The notes below the pieces were generated by a model. That model made no database searches, was not told where the DNA came from, and worked only from the letters and a program-made list of their open reading frames with translations. A program made the position numbers and the translations under genes. This document shows positions 59,601-64,000 of a stretch of 64,000 nucleotides of DNA, in pieces. Each line of letters opens with the position of its first letter. The stretch's first letter is position 1. Source of the DNA: an uncultured bacterium (lineage in GTDB: Bacteria > Spirochaetota > B62-G9 > DRHN01); NCBI GenBank assembly GCA_965603595.1, contig CBFDDP010000001.1, positions 17,751 to 81,750 of the forward strand. The letters run 5' to 3'.

Positions 59601-61163
59601 AAGGGGATCGATGGATATGCGGGGCCTGAGTTCCCTGATTCTCGTCTCCTCGTAGCGGCCGGCAAGCATCTGCAGGACCAGGTCGAACTGATCACGCCTG
59701 AGGTCACGATAGGAATAGCTCGTTCTGATGAAATCATACAGGTCCTCTGCACTGAGGGTCTCGACAGCGGTCATGGAAACAACGATTTGTGCGAGCACAT
59801 CGAGCGGGCACAGGGGAATGCGGGTCTCTTCAATATCGCCCTCCATGACCGCCCGGGCGATAACGGCACCGTTCAGATAATCCCTGCTGAAGAGAGGATA
59901 GAGCCGCGCTCTGCTCACCTCACGCACACCATGCCCCGCCCTTCCCACACGCTGTAGCGCGGATGACACGCTGTAGGGTGCCTGCACCAGAACCACCTCG
60001 TCGAGCTCACCGATGTCTATGCCGAGCTCGAGGGAGCTCGTTGCCACGATTGACCTGAGCTCCCCCCTTTTAAGCTTGTTCTCCACGAGATGCCTGATCT
60101 CCCTGGAGAGAGAGCCGTGGTGCGAGTAGGCAGTACGCACATCGCCCCTATCCTCAGCATTGATGAGACGTGTGAGCTTTTCAGTGAATCGTCTGCTGTT
60201 TGCAAAGAGGAGGGTTGCGCGGTTTGCGTCGATTCTGCCCCTGAGTGCCGTCACGAAGCTCTGCCACCACGCATCGGGACCCTGCACACGCTCCGCATCT
60301 GCAGGCGAGCAGACCTGCATCTCATACCGCTTGCTTCCGGCGGCTTTCACAATCGATACCTCTCGGTTTCGGTACAGGGCTTTACCGTCCCCCTCCCTCG
60401 TAAAGCCACCGATGAAATCAGCAATGGCCCTGAAGGGTTTGATCGTAGCGGAAAGCGCGATACGCTGGAACTCACCCGAGAGTGGTACGAGCCTTTCAAC
60501 GGCTGTGATGAGATGGGTACCACGCTTGTTCGATGCCACTGCGTGTATCTCATCCAGGATAACGGTTTCGATATGGTTGAGCACTGCTCTCCCGCCCATA
60601 GAGCTCAGAAGAATGTTGAGGCTCTCGGGTGTGGTGATGAGTATCTCGGGAGGCCGCCTCAGCATTCGCTGGCGTTCGGCAGGCGGTGTGTCACCACTTC
60701 GCGTCTGCACCCCGATCTCAGGGAAGGGTTCTCCCGTATGGAGAAACTGCTCCCTGAGATCGGACAGGGGGCCCCGCAGGTTGATACGAATATCGTTGTT
60801 CAGTGCCCTGAGTGGTGAGATGTAGAGTATCCTGACCCTGCCGGTTGTCCATCTCTCTGTTATGAGTTGATTGAGCCCCCAGAGGAAAGCAGAGAGGGTC
60901 TTGCCGGAGCCTGTGGGAGCAGTCATGAGAATATGGCGGCCCTCGGCGATGACAGGCCACGCTTTTCGCTGTACTTCGGTGGGTTCCCCGTATCGCCGCT
61001 GGAACCATTCTCTGATCAGTGGATGAAAGAGAGAGAGAACGTTCTCGGTGGGTACCATGCAATACAATGTAAGCCAAATGGATATCCCTGTAAACTCACT
61101 ATTGATCGGGTTTGTTTCGTATTTTACACTCCGCTGCGTCGTAATTTCATTATTGTTGTACAT
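56628..61163 (-). CDS. lhr: Lhr-type large ATP-dependent helicase (superfamily 2, DEAD/DEAH). True start possibly the internal Met at 61058 (MVPTENVLSLFHP).
   Basis: 1511 aa. Walker A MTAPTGSGKTL. DExH box ILDEIH. Lhr-size C-terminal extension. Confidence 0.8.
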   Translation of the reverse strand: MYNNNEITTQRSVKYETNPINSEFTGISIWLTLYCMVPTENVLSLFHPLIREWFQRRYGEPTEVQRKAWPVIAEGRHILMTAPTGSGKTLSAFLWGLNQLITERWTTGRVRILYISPLRALNNDIRINLRGPLSDLREQFLHTGEPFPEIGVQTRSGDTPPAERQRMLRRPPEILITTPESLNILLSSMGGRAVLNHIETVILDEIHAVASNKRGTHLITAVERLVPLSGEFQRIALSATIKPFRAIADFIGGFTREGDGKALYRNREVSIVKAAGSKRYEMQVCSPADAERVQGPDAWWQSFVTALRGRIDANRATLLFANSRRFTEKLTRLINAEDRGDVRTAYSHHGSLSREIRHLVENKLKRGELRSIVATSSLELGIDIGELDEVVLVQAPYSVSSALQRVGRAGHGVREVSRARLYPLFSRDYLNGAVIARAVMEGDIEETRIPLCPLDVLAQIVVSMTAVETLSAEDLYDFIRTSYSYRDLRRDQFDLVLQMLAGRYEETRIRELRPRISIDPLSGVIRSREGSLGVLYMAGGTIPDRGYYSLRVQDSGAKIGELDEEFVWERSVGDVFSFGTQQWRVTKIDHQNVEVVPASRQASMAPFWKADLSGRDFHLSEKIALFLEEMDGYKNLEDAAGMLSDRYFMDEASVRKLLDFLGDQRRATGTGLPHRHQIIAEHIAGLEDRSDSRQVVVHAIWGGKVIVPYVIALGQAWEERYGSTLRMYHDNDTILMSLPAGADTHPLQGILTLVTPDNVERLLRKKLERTGIFGARFRQNAARSLLLPKRGFNRRTPLWINRIRARKLLHAVYDYADFPVLTETWRTCLWDEFDMGNLKALLQELEQNDISIVDAYPASPSPFAAEIIHWQTHTHMYEDDTPGLMTESGLREDILKDAVFTSSLRPRISEKLIHYFVGRLDRTAPGYTPDSAEDLYDWVTERILLPLEEAERLVSAMVRDHGTDASGWLGKLADRVVEIYLPSASCRSLMTLENMQRVLEALFIPGEEGEDRLSPLAAEWLRYYGPVHESYLAEVWGVGLQRLSVIVETLLEERSIVRDRFRDGTDTVEVCDAENMESLLRMVRRKGRREFSALPLRMLPLFLARHQQLIPSSRVEESEETGGDDPVDQQRHLQQCLEILFGYPAKAESWEYDIFPARMKSYMPGQLDLLFQQSDLIWFGTGGERLSFCFSSDREMYLEPNTDESGDINRIFPDRSGKYGYWDMHRYAGMDHRKLSEHVWGLVWKGLLSNDRFEPVRRGITAGYTDFLEMPSPGNRHGRRHRFNRWQASHPLSGNWYVLNPDPLIPDLMHEEELSRDRVRQLLARYGVLFRELLQHELPQLRWGRVFRSLRIMELSGEVLAGYFFEDIPGLQFASHTAFQEFGQPVPTDAVYWMNATDPASLCGVRIEGIDLPLPRRVNSNYLVFRGERLVLALGRSGREVTVYVPPEDEGIPVYLRVFHALLNRPVNPVAQIRVDSINEKPALESAFLDHFVQFGFVKGYRGLLLRRGYR

Positions 61164-61316
61164 ACCTCCATATAAATATCAAGAAGGAAAGGTCATCATG
61201 GAACGATTAAACCAAATCAGATGATGTCCCGTACCGTGAAGATGCAGGACATCATCCTTTCTCTATGCTGTTCCTTTGCTTCTGCTTCTATACATCTCAA
61301 CACTGTTCTTACACTT

Positions 61317-62588
61317 CTATTTCTGCAAACCGGCGCGTTTTGCCAGTTTGTTCAGCTCCCGTGCTGCAGTGTCGAGACCCTTCTTCACATCCTTTCCCCC
61401 GATCATGAGCGAAAGCTCGCGGCCGACGACCTCGATCATCTGCGTGGAGTAGGTGAACTCGGGAACGGGCTTTGCCGATGCGAGTATGTCGCTCACCAGC
61501 GGATACCAGGGATACTTGGCAGCGACTTCGGGATCCAGGAACACGTCCTTTCTCGTAGGTGCTCCTCCGGCGAGAGCACGCTTCTTCGCTATGGGATAGG
61601 ACTCGACCCAGGAGATGAATTTCCAGGCTGCCTCCTTGTTGGGTGAGCTCTTGGGAATCGCCCATCCCCAGCCTCCGTTCAGGTTCGCACCGCCGGGCAT
61701 GCGGGAGAGGCCCACCTTGCCGGCAATTCCTGAACTTTCCGGGTTCTGCATGTCGATGTAGAACATCCAGAAGGTCACGATCGAGAAGGCCTTGCCCTGA
61801 ATGAAGAGCTGAATGGCCTCGTCAAAGCCGTATCCCGGGGCCCCGGGTGGTGCGTTCTCGGTCATGTTCTTTACATAGAGCGAGGCGGCTTCCATACCGG
61901 CTCTGTTGTTCATGATGGAGTTCCAGTTCCGGTCGTAGTAGTCGCCTCCCAGGCTGAAGAGATAGTTCGACCACTCCATGCAGATCGGATCGGGCTTCAG
62001 GCCCATCATGGATGCGCCGTACATTTCACCCCGATTCATGAAGCTGCAGAGCTCGACATAGTCCTTCAGATTGTTCGGGATCTTGAGCTCGCGGCCATAC
62101 TTCCTCTTGTACTCCTGCTGCAGCTTCGGGTCCTCTATGAGGTCCGTACGATAGAACAGTAGCATGGTGTAGTTGTAGAAGGGAATCATGTACAGGGTTC
62201 CCTCGTAGTAGCCCACCATCTCGAGCATGGAGGGAACGTACTGGTCGAGCTCGACCGAATCGGTCGTGGCGGCAAGCTGGTCCAGGGGCTCAAGCCAGCC
62301 GCCTGCTGGAAACTCACCGGCCCAATAGTTATCGACCACGATTGCATCGTACGCGCCCCTCTTGCTCATCAGCTGCGGGAGGAGCTTGGCGTGCATCTGG
62401 GCGTAGTTGACGATCTCGAAATTCACCGTGATGCCCGTCTCCCGCTTGAACTCGGGGAGAATTTCCTGAATGATGAAGGTGTCGGGAACGCCCTCCATGA
62501 GAAGGTTGATCGTCTCTGCGAAGGAGAGCCCGCAGGTCAGAACAACAAGCAGTACAGCAAGACCTATGATCTTTCTTAGTTTCATCAC
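61317..62588 (-). CDS. ABC transporter extracellular solute-binding protein (family 1, carbohydrate-type)
   Basis: Signal peptide/lipobox MMKLRKIIGLAVLLVVLTCGLSFA. 423 aa. Follows two permease genes. Confidence 0.8.
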   Translation of the reverse strand: MMKLRKIIGLAVLLVVLTCGLSFAETINLLMEGVPDTFIIQEILPEFKRETGITVNFEIVNYAQMHAKLLPQLMSKRGAYDAIVVDNYWAGEFPAGGWLEPLDQLAATTDSVELDQYVPSMLEMVGYYEGTLYMIPFYNYTMLLFYRTDLIEDPKLQQEYKRKYGRELKIPNNLKDYVELCSFMNRGEMYGASMMGLKPDPICMEWSNYLFSLGGDYYDRNWNSIMNNRAGMEAASLYVKNMTENAPPGAPGYGFDEAIQLFIQGKAFSIVTFWMFYIDMQNPESSGIAGKVGLSRMPGGANLNGGWGWAIPKSSPNKEAAWKFISWVESYPIAKKRALAGGAPTRKDVFLDPEVAAKYPWYPLVSDILASAKPVPEFTYSTQMIEVVGRELSLMIGGKDVKKGLDTAARELNKLAKRAGLQK

Positions 62589-62720
62589 ATCCTCCTTATT
62601 AGTGTCACCTATTGATAGGGTCCCACCTCGATGGGTAGAACTGCCCTTTGAACTCTGAAACAGTCAGGTTATCACCTCCTTCCACAGCAATATGTATATC
62701 CTCTACCAGAACATGCACAC

Positions 62721-63563
62721 TCATTTCAACGCTCCGAAGGTCAGGCCCCGCACCAGATACTTCTGTATGCCCAGTGAGAGGATGAGCATGGGTATGATGG
62801 CAAAACACATTGCGGCAGCCAGAGTGCCGAGCATGACTCCCCGCTCTGTCTGCATGGCAGCAAGGGCGATGGGCACGGTGCTCGTCTTCTCCGCCGTGAG
62901 CATGAGGGCAAACAGGAACTCGTTCCAGCACAGTATGAAGCTCAATACGGCCGATGCCATCACCCCGGGTGTGGCGAGGGGAAACACGATGCGCATGACG
63001 GCCTGAAGCCTCGATGCACCGTCGATCATCGCCGCCTCCTCGAGCTCCTTGGGGATGCCATCGAGATACCCCATGAGCATCCATATCAGAAAGGGCAGGT
63101 TGAAGGAGAGATAGGCCGCAATCAGGGCGCCCCTCGTGTTCAACAGGTTCAGGGTCTGCATGAGAAAGAAAATCGGTATGCTCAGCACAATGGGAGGAAG
63201 CATCTGAAGGCCCAGTATACCGAACTGGAGCTTCGGTCCCCCGGTGTTGAATCGGTTGAATGCATAGGCGGCGAGCAGGGCGACTGGTACGGCGATGAGC
63301 GTCGAGCCGACCGCAACCCCGAGACTGTTGAAGAAGAACCGCGCGAACCCATAGTCGATGAACAGTGCACGGTAGTTGTCGAGTATGGGCCTGAAGAACC
63401 AGACAGGCGGTATCTTGTAGGCGATGTACTTTGTGGTGAAGGAGAGGCGTACGATCCACAGTACGGGAAGGAGTATGACGAGGGAAAAGATCGAGAGCAG
63501 TATATAGGTCGTCGTATCAGCCAGCAGCCTTCCTCTGCGCATGGATCGTGTTCTCGATTCCAC
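62721..63563 (-). CDS. ABC transporter permease (MalG/UgpE-like)
   Basis: Six TM segments. EAA loop ELEEAAMIDGASRLQAVMRIVFP. Confidence 0.85.
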   Translation of the reverse strand: MESRTRSMRRGRLLADTTTYILLSIFSLVILLPVLWIVRLSFTTKYIAYKIPPVWFFRPILDNYRALFIDYGFARFFFNSLGVAVGSTLIAVPVALLAAYAFNRFNTGGPKLQFGILGLQMLPPIVLSIPIFFLMQTLNLLNTRGALIAAYLSFNLPFLIWMLMGYLDGIPKELEEAAMIDGASRLQAVMRIVFPLATPGVMASAVLSFILCWNEFLFALMLTAEKTSTVPIALAAMQTERGVMLGTLAAAMCFAIIPMLILSLGIQKYLVRGLTFGALK

Positions 63564-63568
63564 TGGCC

Positions 63569-64000
63569 TTACACCTCCCTCTGCATTTTCAGTGCCCTGT
63601 AGAGAAACACCACGATGAACATGGTGACCAGAAGCAGTATATAGGATGCTGCCGAGGATTCAGATACGCTGAGCCCCATGAAGGTTCGCCGGTAGATGTA
63701 GTAGCTCATGACGTCGGTGGTCACGCCGGGCCCGCCGCGGGTCAGGATGTACACGAGGTCGAAGGTCCTGAACCCGAATATCACCCGCAGTAGCAGTGCG
63801 ACCACGATCACCGGCTTCATGAGCGGCAGCGTGATGAACCTGAACCGCTGGGATAGAGAGGCGCCGTCGATTTCAGCCGCTTCGTAGGGATCCTTGGGAA
63901 GGGACACCAGCCCTGCAAGCAGGATCAGGATCATGAACGATACCTGCTGCCATATGTCCACCATGACCACGGTCCAGAAGGCGACCTTCTCAGAGCCGAG
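63569..64000 (-). CDS. ABC transporter permease (MalF/UgpA-like), 5' end beyond window
   Basis: EAA loop YEAAEIDGASLSQRFRFITLP. The ORF continues to the window edge. Confidence 0.75.
   Translation of the reverse strand, partial: LGSEKVAFWTVVMVDIWQQVSFMILILLAGLVSLPKDPYEAAEIDGASLSQRFRFITLPLMKPVIVVALLLRVIFGFRTFDLVYILTRGGPGVTTDVMSYYIYRRTFMGLSVSESSAASYILLLVTMFIVVFLYRALKMQREV

Noticed and set aside
60090-60825. Two overlapping ~220-240-aa plus-strand ORFs within the Lhr gene
   Set aside because: Antisense shadow ORFs. The Lhr reading frame is intact with helicase motifs.
62605-63459. 284-aa His/Arg-rich minus-strand ORF overlapping the MalG-like permease
   Set aside because: Alternative frame of the same strand. 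The overlapping frame encodes a bona fide 6-TM permease with an EAA loop, and this one is low-complexity.
1-64000. tRNA, rRNA, CRISPR arrays, insertion sequences
   Set aside because: No cloverleaf-compatible segments were noticed in the intergenic gaps (all under 300 bp and mostly promoter-like), and no regularly spaced repeats or transposase/integrase ORFs. None reported.

Overview
This 64 kb window looks like ordinary chromosome from an anaerobic, flagellated, diderm bacterium with roughly 50% GC. The gene content is reminiscent of Spirochaetota: rod genes flgF/flgG directly followed by a rod-binding FlgJ-like gene, V/A-type ATPase, PPi-PFK and 1Fe-SOR. The phylum cannot be proven from sequence alone. 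Coding density is high, with about 50 supported CDSs. Main blocks, in order: two tandem LysM cell-wall proteins (one an M23 peptidase); a charged hypothetical protein; threonine aldolase; a nitrogen-assimilation cluster (GAF/sigma-54 activator, then glnB-amt-glnA behind a perfect sigma-54 -24/-12 promoter with upstream palindromes); a three-gene operon of predicted outer-membrane beta-barrel proteins including a 1775-aa giant; flagellar rod genes; thioredoxin next to a large double-ASKHA CoA-substrate-specific enzyme activase and an HgdB-like partner; Rieske/FAD oxidoreductase; RNase J; dUTPase; M16 peptidase; two tandem malate-dehydrogenase paralogs; neelaredoxin-type SOR; PPi-type phosphofructokinase; a low-GC (~40%) island with a transglutaminase-like/TPR repeat protein and a small OMP; a small Arg-rich repeat ORF; a TetR-MMPL-LolA-like-OMP operon with a perfect palindromic operator; a complete 9-gene V/A-type ATPase operon (H-I-K-E-C-F-A-B-D); HAD hydrolase; IMPase; DUF503; a 1511-aa Lhr helicase; and a sugar ABC transporter running off the end. 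No rRNA, tRNA, CRISPR array, integrase or transposase was recognised. The most unusual element is the giant-OMP triad downstream of the flagellar rod genes. Next come the activase pair, the low-GC island, the Arg-rich repeat ORF and the TetR/MMPL/LolA-like cluster.
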